Positions 17,246 through 26,828 are shown, numbered from the stretch's first letter. The stretch: DNA of 58,122 nucleotides from a bacterium (GCA_031441465.1 JANOEP010000026.1:1-58122); one strand, 5' to 3'. The notes: generated by a model from the sequence alone, not told the origin. A program made the numbers and translations.

Positions 17246-18353
17246 GAGGCGGCCGCTGATCCTGTTCGGATTGGCGGTGCTGGCGGTGCTGCTGCAGGGG
17301 GCGCTCGAGCTGACGCGCCGCCCCGTGCGTCAGCGCGACTACGCCGAGAAGTTGGCCGCGGCGCAGAAAGCCGACGAGGCCTTCACCACGCTGCGCCGCC
17401 ACCTGCGGATGGAGGGCGCGGAGATCGACAAGGTCAACGACCCCGCCGGCACCGGCCTGGTGGGGCCGGAGTTCAGCCTCATCACCAACGCCCGCGGCGA
17501 CCTCGAAGCCAAGCTCTCCAGTCTGAACCCCAACTGGGCGGCGGTGATGGTGGAGCTGTTCCACCGCGCCGGCCTGCATCCCGGCGACCCGGTGGCCGTG
17601 GCGCTCACCGGCTCGTTCCCCGGTCTGAACGTGGCTGTGTACTCCGCGCTCGAGACCATGGAGCTGGCGCCGGTGGTGGTCACCTCGGTCGGCGCTTCGA
17701 TGTGGGGCGCCAACGACCCCGCGTTCACCTGGCTGGACATGGAGCGCATCCTGCGCGAGGAGCGGGTCCTGCACATCCGCTCGTCGGCGGCCACCCTCGG
17801 CGGCGGCGACGACATGGGCCAGGGCCTCAGCCCCGAAGGGCGGCGCCTGCTCGAGGCGTCCCTGGAGCGCAACGGGGTGCCGCTGCTCGGCTCGCTGAAC
17901 ATCGAGGAGGCCATCGCCAAGCGCATGTCCTTCTTCGACGAGGCGCTGCGCGGCCGCGTGCCGAAGTGCTTCGTGAACGTGGGCGGCGGCGTGGCCAGCC
18001 TCGGCAGCAGCCAGAACCGCATCCTCATCCCGCGCGGCTTTGCCGAGACGCTGGAAGCGAAGAACTGGCCGCGCAAGGGCACGCTCACGCTGATGTCCGA
18101 CCGGGGCGTGCCGGTCATCCACCTGCTGGAAGTCGCCTCGCTGGCCCGCGAGTACGGGCTGCCGGTGGCTCCGGACTACCTGCCCGAACCCGGCGAGGGC
18201 GAGATCTTCGTGAGGGACGGCTACCGCCTCGAACTGGTGGCGGTCTTCCTCGTGTTGTACGGCGCCCTCTGCGCCGTGGTGCTGGCGCCCGAGGTGCGGC
18301 GCAATCTGCTGGGGGCGGTCCGTTTCCGGCGGCGAACGGGAGGTGCGGCGTGA
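17229..18353 (+). CDS. pgsW: poly-gamma-glutamate system protein PgsW
   Basis: DPAGTGLVGPEFSLIT, GDLEAKLSSLNPN, TGSFPGLN, SVGASMWGANDP, NVGGG motifs; follows pgsBC. Confidence 0.88.
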   Translation: MSRSGRRRPLILFGLAVLAVLLQGALELTRRPVRQRDYAEKLAAAQKADEAFTTLRRHLRMEGAEIDKVNDPAGTGLVGPEFSLITNARGDLEAKLSSLNPNWAAVMVELFHRAGLHPGDPVAVALTGSFPGLNVAVYSALETMELAPVVVTSVGASMWGANDPAFTWLDMERILREERVLHIRSSAATLGGGDDMGQGLSPEGRRLLEASLERNGVPLLGSLNIEEAIAKRMSFFDEALRGRVPKCFVNVGGGVASLGSSQNRILIPRGFAETLEAKNWPRKGTLTLMSDRGVPVIHLLEVASLAREYGLPVAPDYLPEPGEGEIFVRDGYRLELVAVFLVLYGALCAVVLAPEVRRNLLGAVRFRRRTGGAA

Positions 18354-19276
18354 CGATCCATCACCGGCGCGGGGCGGCGGCCGCCGCCTGCTTCGTGCTG
18401 TGGTCCCTGGCGGCGACGAACGCGTCGGCCGAGGTGCGTTGGCGGGCGGTCGCACCCCAGGGCGCCCGCGAGCAGGTGTGCCTGCGCATCGACGGCATCG
18501 AGACGACCTACGACAAGCTGCGCTCCGAGACCCCGGCCCTGTACCGCGTGAGGGGGCCGCGCCGCGTCAAGGTGCTGTCGCGCTACGTGTTCGCAACCGG
18601 AGAGGCCGGGCCGGCCGCCGTCACGCTGCGCTTCGCGATCGACGGGCAGGCGGCCCTCGCAGACGCGCAGCGCCTGCAGCCGCGCGAGGGCGCGGCGACC
18701 TGCGGCGGCGCGCCCGCCAGCTCCCTGCACCACAGCTACCTGACGATCCCCGAGGGCTGGCACGACGTGGCGGTCACCCACGTGGCCGCCGCGCCCGGAA
18801 CCGCCGCCGCCGGCTTCACCGCGGTGCGCCTCTTCCGCGAAACGAGCCGCGTCAGCGAGGAGTACGTCAGCCTGTCGCCGGAGCGCTACGCCGGCGTGGC
18901 GACCCTGCAGTACGACAGCGGCGTGCGCTCCACCCTCTACCATTTCGACGCGGACCAGCCGCTGTCCTTCGAGGTCGCGGGACCCACGACGGCCGTGGTG
19001 TGGACCCGCCTGGACTTCGACCACAAGATGAACGGCCGCCAGTCCTACGCCCTGGAGGTGCGGATCGACGGGGCGGTGCTCCGTACCCACCACTACGACG
19101 TCGACAAGCTGGACGCCGCGTCCTACATCGAACGGCCGGAAGTGATGCCCGGGGAACGCAAGTCCCTGCGCGTCCAGATCCCGCGCGGCCGCCACCGGGT
19201 GGAGATCCGCTGCCTGCAGCCGGAATCCTGCGGCGTGGCGGCCGTCATCCGCATCCCGGCAGCCGACCTGCGATGA
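18350..19276 (+). CDS. secreted hypothetical protein with two tandem homologous beta domains
   Basis: GTG overlapping pgsW stop; signal ending ASA; repeated V.GP...V..R..F...IDG...IP.G.H.V units. Confidence 0.75.
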   Translation: MTIHHRRGAAAAACFVLWSLAATNASAEVRWRAVAPQGAREQVCLRIDGIETTYDKLRSETPALYRVRGPRRVKVLSRYVFATGEAGPAAVTLRFAIDGQAALADAQRLQPREGAATCGGAPASSLHHSYLTIPEGWHDVAVTHVAAAPGTAAAGFTAVRLFRETSRVSEEYVSLSPERYAGVATLQYDSGVRSTLYHFDADQPLSFEVAGPTTAVVWTRLDFDHKMNGRQSYALEVRIDGAVLRTHHYDVDKLDAASYIERPEVMPGERKSLRVQIPRGRHRVEIRCLQPESCGVAAVIRIPAADLR

Positions 19277-20388
19277 GGCGCCGGATGGGCATTGCGCTGG
19301 TGGTCGGAGCCGTCGCGGCCGTCCTGTCCGCGTGCGGCGTCGCCGCGGCGGCGGAGCCGGGGACGCGGGCGCGCAAAGCGTCCGCCTGGAAGACGAGCGC
19401 GACCTTCGGACTCGAGACGATCTACGACGACAACTTCCTGCGCTACTCCGACGACTACCTCGACGTGTTCCACGCCGGCACGGACCCCTACAAGTTCAAG
19501 ATCGACCGCCAGGACTGCCACATCCTGGCCCCGAGCTTCGAGGTCGAGGCCCGCCGCGAGCTGATCGCGCTGGGCGAGACGCGGCTGCGTTTCCGCTGGA
19601 AGCGCTGGCAGTACGTCCAGGAGTCGATCAAGACCAACTCCGGCTACTCGTGGTACGCCCGCCAGTTCCTGCCCGGAGGCCGCAGCTTCGAGCTGTCCTA
19701 CAGCTACGCGCCCGAGCAGTATATTCGGCAGCTGTCGGACCAGCCGCCCTGGGAACCACCGAGCGCGCCCCTGGTCTGGGAAGAGTTCCGCTACACGCGC
19801 AACGAATTCGCCCTGGTCTACCGCGACCGGTTCAGCCGCGACCTGACCTGGAAGCTGGACCTCAACCGCACGCTGCGCTACTACAACCAGCCGTTCATCG
19901 AGAACGACATCTTCGCCTGGGGCGCCCGCGCCACGCTCGCTTGGCGTGCACGCGCCGACTGGCGTCTGACCCTGGACTACGGTTACGAGCACGGACCCGC
20001 CCGCGGCTACGACGAGGTTGGGGAGACCCTCGAGACGAGCGACGACTCGGACCCCTCGTACGACCAGGACCTCTACCAGATCGAGGTGGCCTGGTCGCCA
20101 ACCTGGGCGCGCCGCGCGTTCACAACCCTGGCCCTCAGCGGCCAATACCAGGCTTACTGGTACACCTCGCAGAAGAGCCTCGACGCCGATCCGTACCACG
20201 TGGGCCGCAAGGACAACGTCTACGCGCTCGAGCTGACCCTGGCCCGGCCGGTGGCCGCTGGCCTCGACGCCGTGTGCGGTTTCAAGTTCTCCCAGCGCAC
20301 GGTGGACTCGCCGTGGCAGGGGGACATCGCCGAGGACAAGGACTACGACCAGCGCCGGTACTGGATCGGGCTGACCTACAAACTCTGA
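19273..20388 (+). CDS. putative outer-membrane beta-barrel protein
   Basis: Signal peptide; starts GLETIYDDNFLR; alternating aromatic beta strands; C-terminal YWIGLTYKL beta-signal-like strand. Confidence 0.75.
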   Translation: MRRRMGIALVVGAVAAVLSACGVAAAAEPGTRARKASAWKTSATFGLETIYDDNFLRYSDDYLDVFHAGTDPYKFKIDRQDCHILAPSFEVEARRELIALGETRLRFRWKRWQYVQESIKTNSGYSWYARQFLPGGRSFELSYSYAPEQYIRQLSDQPPWEPPSAPLVWEEFRYTRNEFALVYRDRFSRDLTWKLDLNRTLRYYNQPFIENDIFAWGARATLAWRARADWRLTLDYGYEHGPARGYDEVGETLETSDDSDPSYDQDLYQIEVAWSPTWARRAFTTLALSGQYQAYWYTSQKSLDADPYHVGRKDNVYALELTLARPVAAGLDAVCGFKFSQRTVDSPWQGDIAEDKDYDQRRYWIGLTYKL

Positions 20389-20414
20389 CGCGGACCCCGA
20401 CAGGAGCCCTGACG

Positions 20415-22820
20415 ATGCGCATCACCAGTTCGACGACACGGCGTGCGGCCACGGCGGCCGCGTGCGTCCTGGCGGCCCTGCTGGCCGGCTGCGGCGCCGC
20501 CGACCTCTACGAGTCGCCCGAGTCCCCCTTCCACGTGATCGGCCGCGTGCCGCTGCCGAGCGCCAACGAGGGGGTCGCCGCGCTGGGCGACTTCGCCTAC
20601 GTGGCCGGCGGCGAAGCGGGCATCCACGTCGTCGACATCTCGACGCCGGGGACGCCCGTCCTGGTCACGACCCTCAACACCACCAAGTACGCCGGCAACC
20701 TCGAGGTCGTGCGTACCTTCGCCAACGCGACCCTGTCCGACCTGGCGCTCGTGGTGGAGGGCACCGAGGGCATCACCACCTACGACATCACCGACCCCGC
20801 CGGCATCGTCTCCTACGAGCAGGGCACGACCGCGGTGGACGGCCAGCGCGTCTTCATCGAGGAGCCGCAGAACCCCGACGACCCCTGCATCGTCTACCTC
20901 GCCGAGAGCTGGAAGGGGCTGCGCATCTTCGAAACCAACCCCGACTTCCCCGGCGTCCTGGAGTACGGCGGCGTCTTCACCGGCACGCAGGGCTTCGCCA
21001 AGGCCGTGGCCGTGAAGGACGGCTACGCCTACGTCGCCGACGACGAGATGGGCCTCGCGGTGGTCGACGTGCGCGTGCGCATCCTCGGGCAGGTCCGCCA
21101 GGTGAGCTGGGCCGACACGCCCGGCAACGCCCTGGACGTCGCCGTCGACGGCGACTACGCCTTCCTGGCCGACGGCGTCGAGGGGCTGGCGATCTTCCGC
21201 ATCGACGGTGGCGAGACGCCGGTCAAGGTCGCCCAGCTGGACCTGTCGGCCTACAGCCGCTCCCTGGTCGTGGCGCGCGGCTGGGCGCTGCTCTGCGCCG
21301 CCGACGGCGGCGTGCACGTCGTGGACGTCCGCGACCCCGAGCACCCCGTCTACGCCGGCCTCGTCAAGACGAGCTACGCCTCGGACCTCTGCATCACCGC
21401 CGACGGGCACGTCCTGGTGGCCGACCGCTACGACGGCCTGCTGGTGCTGGACGGGCCGTCCCTGGTCGCCGACACCACGCCGCCCGCGCCCGTCACGACG
21501 CTGGCGGCGTCGCCGCAGACGGCCACCCGCGTCGAGCTGTCCTGGCTGGCCGTGGGCGACGACGGCTACTACGGCACGGCCGCCTCCTACCTGGTCCGGC
21601 GCGCCGCGGCGCCGATCGCCGACGAGGCCGACTGGGAGGCCGCCGCCGCGGTCGCCGGCGCTCCCGCGCCGGCGCCGACCGGCACCCGCCAGACGCTCGA
21701 AGCCGCGGGCCTCGAGCCCGGCACGACCTACCACTTCGCCCTGCGCACGCTGGATGACGAGGGGCACCTCTCGTCCCTCTCCAATGACGCTGCGGCGACG
21801 ACGATCGAGGGTGCCTTCCTGCGCCAAGGCAGCGTCGCGCCCGCCCTGGGCGATCTGGCGACGGTCTTCGCTTTCCGCGTCACCTTCGTCGACGACACCG
21901 ACGCGGCGCCCCTGGCGCACGACGTGACGATCGACGGCACGGCCCACGCGATGACCCTCGAATCGGGCAGCCCCGCCGCCGGCGCGGTCTACCTCTACGA
22001 GACCACGCTGCCCGCCGGCGCCCACCAGCACGGCTTCGCCTTCGTCGACGCGCTCGATCGTCCGGTGACCCTCGCGGCGGCCGCCGGACCCTACGCGGGC
22101 AGCGCGGCCTTCGCGATGGGCAGCCCCGCCGCCGAGGTCGGCCGCTTCCCGGACGAGACCCAGCACGACGTGCTGCTGTCGGCGGCGCCGATCGCCGGCG
22201 CCCGCGAGGTGACCCAGGCCGCCTGGAACCTGCGCATGCCGTCGAACCCCTCGTCCTTCGTCGGCGACGACCTGCCGGTCCACAACGTGACCTGGCACCA
22301 AGCCGTCGAGTACTGCAACAGCCTGTCCCTGGCCGAGGGGCGCGCGCCCGCCTACGTGATCGATGGGCCGCTGGTGACCTGGAACCGCGCCGCCGACGGC
22401 TGGCGGCTGCCGACGGAATCCGAGTGGGAGTACCTCTGCCGCGCCGGCACGACCACTTCCCTGTTCAACGGCGAACTCGTCGAGCCGGCCTGCGGCGCCG
22501 ACCCGCTGCTCGAGGCGGCCGGCTGGTACTGCTACAACGCGTCCGGCGGCCCGCGGGCCGTCGGCCTCAAGTCGGCCAACGCCCTGGGCCTGTTCGATGT
22601 CCACGGCAACGTCCGCGAGTGGTGCTGGGACTGGTACGGCCACTATCCGGCAGGCCCCGTCTTCGACCCCGCGGGACCGGCCGACGGCGACCGGCGCGTG
22701 GTCCGCGGCGGCAGCTGGCACTACTACGCCCGCGAGTGCCGGTCGGGGGCGCGCGGCGCCTACTACCCGACTTCGTCGGACGACTTCCTGGGGTTCCGCG
22801 TGGTCCGCAACGGCGAGTGA
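20415..22820 (+). CDS. lipoprotein with LVIVD repeats, FN3-like module and C-terminal FGE-sulfatase (SUMF1/PvdO-like) domain
   Basis: Lipobox LAGC; YAYVAD...GLAVVDV repeats; RLPTESEWEY, GLFDVHGNVREWC, RGGSW, GFRVVR. Confidence 0.85.
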   Translation: MRITSSTTRRAATAAACVLAALLAGCGAADLYESPESPFHVIGRVPLPSANEGVAALGDFAYVAGGEAGIHVVDISTPGTPVLVTTLNTTKYAGNLEVVRTFANATLSDLALVVEGTEGITTYDITDPAGIVSYEQGTTAVDGQRVFIEEPQNPDDPCIVYLAESWKGLRIFETNPDFPGVLEYGGVFTGTQGFAKAVAVKDGYAYVADDEMGLAVVDVRVRILGQVRQVSWADTPGNALDVAVDGDYAFLADGVEGLAIFRIDGGETPVKVAQLDLSAYSRSLVVARGWALLCAADGGVHVVDVRDPEHPVYAGLVKTSYASDLCITADGHVLVADRYDGLLVLDGPSLVADTTPPAPVTTLAASPQTATRVELSWLAVGDDGYYGTAASYLVRRAAAPIADEADWEAAAAVAGAPAPAPTGTRQTLEAAGLEPGTTYHFALRTLDDEGHLSSLSNDAAATTIEGAFLRQGSVAPALGDLATVFAFRVTFVDDTDAAPLAHDVTIDGTAHAMTLESGSPAAGAVYLYETTLPAGAHQHGFAFVDALDRPVTLAAAAGPYAGSAAFAMGSPAAEVGRFPDETQHDVLLSAAPIAGAREVTQAAWNLRMPSNPSSFVGDDLPVHNVTWHQAVEYCNSLSLAEGRAPAYVIDGPLVTWNRAADGWRLPTESEWEYLCRAGTTTSLFNGELVEPACGADPLLEAAGWYCYNASGGPRAVGLKSANALGLFDVHGNVREWCWDWYGHYPAGPVFDPAGPADGDRRVVRGGSWHYYARECRSGARGAYYPTSSDDFLGFRVVRNGE

Positions 22821-22831
22821 CGGGAGCAGGC

Positions 22832-23929
22832 ATGGCCGGCAAGCAGCGTTTCGAATTCATCGACCAGTTCCGCGGGCTCATCGGCGTGATGATGGCCCTC
22901 GGGCACAGCAACTACTACTTCAACGCCGCCTGGCTGAGCCTCGACCCGCTGGACCCGTTCTTCGACAACTTCGGGCAGTTCGCGCTGCGCTACATGGGCT
23001 ACCTCTGCGCGCCCGGCTTCCTGATGATGAACGGCGCCATGATGTACAACTCCTACTGGCGCCGGGTCGCCGGCGGGGAGTCGTCGGGGCGCGCCCGCTG
23101 GGATTTCATCCAGCGCGGCCTGTTCCTGATCGCGGTGCAGCTGATCTGGGTCAACGCGAGCTGGAGCGGTTTCGAGCGGCTGCGCCTGGAGCACTTCGGG
23201 ATCATCGCGACGATCGGCAGCTCGATGCTGCTGCTGGCGATCATGGTCCGCTGGCGCTGGCAGTGGCGGCTGACCGTCGCGGTCGTCATCAGCCTGGTCC
23301 ACCCGCTGCTGCTGCGGATCCCGTACGACGCGAAAGCCTGGACCCACGTCCCGATGCAGCTGTTCATCGACTCGGGTGACTTCAACAAGTACCCGGTCCT
23401 GCCGTGGTTCGCGCTGGCGGCCCTCGGCAGCGTCATGGCCCACTTCTGGTTCGAAGCCTGGCGGGACGGCGCGCAGCGGGCGCGCCGCAGCCTGGCCATC
23501 GGCGCCTCGCTGGTGCTGGCCGCCTGGGGCCTGCGCCTGTGGGGCGGCTCCTACGCCAACATCTTCCCGGCGGGCGAGTTCTTCAGTTGGTCGTTCTTCC
23601 TGGAACAGAAGTACCCGCCCAGCCTGAGCCATCAGGTCTGGTTCGCCGGCGCAGTGATTTTCATGGTGGGTCTGATCGGCCTGATCGGCCTGCGCACGCG
23701 CGCGCTGCGGCCCTTGGGCATCGTCGGGCGGGTGCCGCTGTTCTTCTACGCCGTGCACATCCCGCTGCTGGCGATCTTCACGCGGCTGCTTCCGGACCTG
23801 TACCGCAAGGGCGCGGTCCTGGAATCGTTCATCGGCCTCGCGGGCCTGCTGGCGGTCATGCTGCCGTTGGCGTGGTGGTTCGGGGGCGTGAAGAAGCGTT
23901 CGCGGAACTGGTTCATCAGGATGATCTAG
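22832..23929 (+). CDS. DUF1624 / HGSNAT-like multi-pass membrane acyltransferase
   Basis: RFEFIDQFRGLIGVMMALGH, CAPGF, YPVLPW, KYPPSL, GRVPLFFYAVH. Confidence 0.82.
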   Translation: MAGKQRFEFIDQFRGLIGVMMALGHSNYYFNAAWLSLDPLDPFFDNFGQFALRYMGYLCAPGFLMMNGAMMYNSYWRRVAGGESSGRARWDFIQRGLFLIAVQLIWVNASWSGFERLRLEHFGIIATIGSSMLLLAIMVRWRWQWRLTVAVVISLVHPLLLRIPYDAKAWTHVPMQLFIDSGDFNKYPVLPWFALAALGSVMAHFWFEAWRDGAQRARRSLAIGASLVLAAWGLRLWGGSYANIFPAGEFFSWSFFLEQKYPPSLSHQVWFAGAVIFMVGLIGLIGLRTRALRPLGIVGRVPLFFYAVHIPLLAIFTRLLPDLYRKGAVLESFIGLAGLLAVMLPLAWWFGGVKKRSRNWFIRMI

Positions 23930-26685
23930 CGGACGAGCGTCACCCGCGCGTTCGCGGTCGCGCCCGACCGGTCCTGCAGCCTCACCAGGTACACGCCGGC
24001 GGCCCCGGGCCTGCCGGCGTCGTCCTTCCCGTCCCAGACCGCCTCGCCCTGCACCGCGCCGGCGTCGACGTCGACGTCGGACAACGTCCTGACGCGCCTC
24101 CCCCTGGCGTCGAACACTTCGAGCTTGCTGACACCGGCCGCCGCCGCCGCCCAGCGGATGGTCGTGCGCGGGTTGAAGGGGTTGGGGTGTGCCGAGAGCC
24201 GCGGCGGCGCGGGCGGCGCAGCACCGACGGCCACGAACGTGTTCCCGGTGTCGAAGGTCACGTCGTCGATGAAGAATCCCCGGTAATTGACCGAGTCATC
24301 GGCCTGGAACAACCAGCGGAAGCGGAACGACGAAAGATCGCGGCCCGTGAGGTCGAACACGACCCCGCGCCAGTCGCCCTGCCGCCCGGACCAGCCCGGC
24401 GTCCCGCCCAGGGCGGCGACGCTCTCGTAGTCATAGCCGCCGACGGGTTCGATCACGAGCCACTGCTCGCCCTGCAGGAGTTCCAGCCGGACGCCGTCGT
24501 AGCCGGCCTCGGTGTCGCACCAGAGGTGGAAGCTCAGGTGGAGTTCCGCGGCGCCGGGGAACGCGTAGGGGGGGGAGGTCAGCGTCGAGTACTGGTTGTC
24601 GTTGTAGTCCCCGAAGTAGCCGACGCCCCAGCAGCCGGGCATGCTGAAACACGAATCCGGACCGGCGGGAGCGGCCCCCCACATCCAGGCGGTGCTCATC
24701 GGCGTGAAGCCGCCGAACGTGGTGAACGACTCGTCGGCCGTCGGCAACTCGGCGAACTGCGGGTGGAGGTTGCCGGGCAGGACCTCGGGCATGATGTCGA
24801 TCGCGCGCGCTCCGTATCCCGGCTTGCGATGGAACAGCAGACGGGCGGCGCGGCCCGCCGCCACGCCGGGCAGGCTGTAGACGCCGTCGGCGAACGTTTC
24901 CTCGGGTTGGAGCGGCGTGGCGAGCAACTCGACGCGGACCGCGCCGAGCGGTTCGCCGTTCTCTCCGTGGACCCGACCCGACACCGTCACCTGGGGCAGC
25001 CTCTGCAGCACCACGTCGTGGACCTGGGCCACGCCCGGGGTCACCACCGCCGAGTAGCTTTCCGGCGCGTGGTGGTAACTGTCGAACAGGAAGGAGGCCG
25101 GCCCCGGTTCGGCCGTGTAGTTGTAGCGGCCCAGCGAGTCGGAGATCAGGCTGGACTCGCCGCCCTGGACGGCGATGTCGATCCCGGCGATCGGCAGCAT
25201 CGTCTGGGAATCGACGACGCGCCCGTTCACGTTGCCCACGCTGGTGGAGACGCGGTTCCAGGCGGCGACGAGGTCCGGGCGCGGCCCGACGTGGTCCGGG
25301 TCGGCGGCCTGCGGCGTGCCGGTCGCCACCAGGATGTCCCGCAGGTGGCGGGGGTCGAGCGAGTAGCCGAACTGGGCGCGCGTCATCCCCTGGAGCACCG
25401 CGGCGGCGCCCGCCACGATGGCGGACGCGCTCGAGGTCCCGTTGAAGGCCTGCGTGTACCACGCGTTCTCCGCGAAGCCGGATCCCTGCAGGTCGCCGTA
25501 GCCGCAGGACGCCACCTGCTCGCCCCAGGCCTGCAGGTCGACCCGCGCGCCGTGGTTGGTGAACCACTCGGGCTCGAGGGTGGCCGGTTCCCCGGCGCCC
25601 ACCAGGATGGCGCCCGAATTGCGGACCGCGGGATCGAACAGGCCGGCGTAGGTCGGATCGTCGAGGTCCTGCAGACCGTTGCCGGCCACCTCCACGACGG
25701 TGCGACCGAGGGCCGTCGCGATGCTGATCGCGTCGAAGGTGTCCTGCCAGTACTCCATGGGGATGTAGCCGTAGTCGCCGGTGCCGTTGGCGTTGGGTCC
25801 CGCTCCCTCCACTTCGATCAGGATGACGTCGCCGTACGCGGTCGCGCCGGTGGCGTTGCTCACGGCGGCGGAGGTGCTCAGGCTGTGGATCGAGACGCCG
25901 CCGACCAGGCAGGACGGGGCCACGCCGCGCACGCCCTGGCCGTTGTCGGCGCCGCGGATCACGCCGAGCGTGGCGGTGCCGTGGTTGCGCCAGGCCTGAT
26001 CCTGGATGGAGCCGCCGGCGGTGTGGACGGGGGCGGTCAGGTCCTCGTGGGTCCACAGCCAGGCGCCCTCGATGTCCAGCACGCGCACGCCCGAGCCGCG
26101 GCCGCCGGGTTGCGCGGCGACCGCCAGCGCGTTGATGCCGGCGGGCGGATTGCCGAGGTAGCCCTGCAGGCTCGAGTAATCGGCGGTCGTCAGCAGGTCC
26201 GGGCCGGCAGGCGCCGACGCGGCGGCGAGGCGGCCCGCCGGCCGCACCTCCGGTTCGAGGTAGGCGGTCGCGACGTCCGGGCAGGCCCGCAGGGCGGCGA
26301 CGACCCGCAGCAATTGGTCGCGGGTCGCCGGGTGCGCGGGTTCCAGCCGGGCGTAGGTGTTCAGGTCGGGAAGTTCGCGGCCGCCGAGGGCGTGGGCCGT
26401 GGTCCGCTCGGCGGCAAGTTCCCCGGCCTCGCGCGGGAACAGGCGCTTCACGGCGAACCCGGGGGCGGATCGCTCCAACTGACCCGCCACGCGGGAAGCG
26501 GCGGCCGGGGCTGACGTTTTCAGCCCCTCGTCGGTGAAGGTCACGCCGGAGGTCTCGTTCAGCTTGACGATGATCCGTCCGGAGGGCAGGGCCGTCTGGC
26601 CGTCGCCCTGAACGCCGGGGGGCGCCCAGGCCGCGAGGGCCGGGGCGGCGAGCGTCAGGATGAGCGCGATGAGGCGGCGGCTCAC
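23926..26685 (-). CDS. secreted S8 (subtilisin-like) serine peptidase with carboxypeptidase-regulatory and FlgD-Ig domains
   Basis: Triad motifs VLDIE, HGTATLG, AGNG, FNGTSSAS; AHPNPFNP...RVTLVR; GTG start with signal peptide. Confidence 0.9.
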   Translation of the reverse strand: MSRRLIALILTLAAPALAAWAPPGVQGDGQTALPSGRIIVKLNETSGVTFTDEGLKTSAPAAASRVAGQLERSAPGFAVKRLFPREAGELAAERTTAHALGGRELPDLNTYARLEPAHPATRDQLLRVVAALRACPDVATAYLEPEVRPAGRLAAASAPAGPDLLTTADYSSLQGYLGNPPAGINALAVAAQPGGRGSGVRVLDIEGAWLWTHEDLTAPVHTAGGSIQDQAWRNHGTATLGVIRGADNGQGVRGVAPSCLVGGVSIHSLSTSAAVSNATGATAYGDVILIEVEGAGPNANGTGDYGYIPMEYWQDTFDAISIATALGRTVVEVAGNGLQDLDDPTYAGLFDPAVRNSGAILVGAGEPATLEPEWFTNHGARVDLQAWGEQVASCGYGDLQGSGFAENAWYTQAFNGTSSASAIVAGAAAVLQGMTRAQFGYSLDPRHLRDILVATGTPQAADPDHVGPRPDLVAAWNRVSTSVGNVNGRVVDSQTMLPIAGIDIAVQGGESSLISDSLGRYNYTAEPGPASFLFDSYHHAPESYSAVVTPGVAQVHDVVLQRLPQVTVSGRVHGENGEPLGAVRVELLATPLQPEETFADGVYSLPGVAAGRAARLLFHRKPGYGARAIDIMPEVLPGNLHPQFAELPTADESFTTFGGFTPMSTAWMWGAAPAGPDSCFSMPGCWGVGYFGDYNDNQYSTLTSPPYAFPGAAELHLSFHLWCDTEAGYDGVRLELLQGEQWLVIEPVGGYDYESVAALGGTPGWSGRQGDWRGVVFDLTGRDLSSFRFRWLFQADDSVNYRGFFIDDVTFDTGNTFVAVGAAPPAPPRLSAHPNPFNPRTTIRWAAAAAGVSKLEVFDARGRRVRTLSDVDVDAGAVQGEAVWDGKDDAGRPGAAGVYLVRLQDRSGATANARVTLVR

Positions 26686-26828
26686 GTTCGACTCCGGTGG
26701 TTGCGGGCACGGAGGCCGGTCGGAGTCCTCCGGACTTGTGGGATCATCCCGGAAGGTGCTATCACTATACAGAGACGGCGCGGGCTCGCGCAACCGACCA
26801 CGGCCGGATCCTCCAGGAAGGTCACATC

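Noticed and set aside
14352..20414. Apparent long N-terminal extensions or fusions on pgsB, pgsC, the barrel and the LVIVD protein in the ORF track
   Set aside because: The extensions are off-frame overlaps with upstream genes; true starts with RBS and stop/start coupling lie downstream. No frameshift is needed.
22100..22820. FGE-type domain as a possible diversity-generating retroelement target
   Set aside because: No reverse transcriptase and no template-repeat copy of the 3' region seen in the window.
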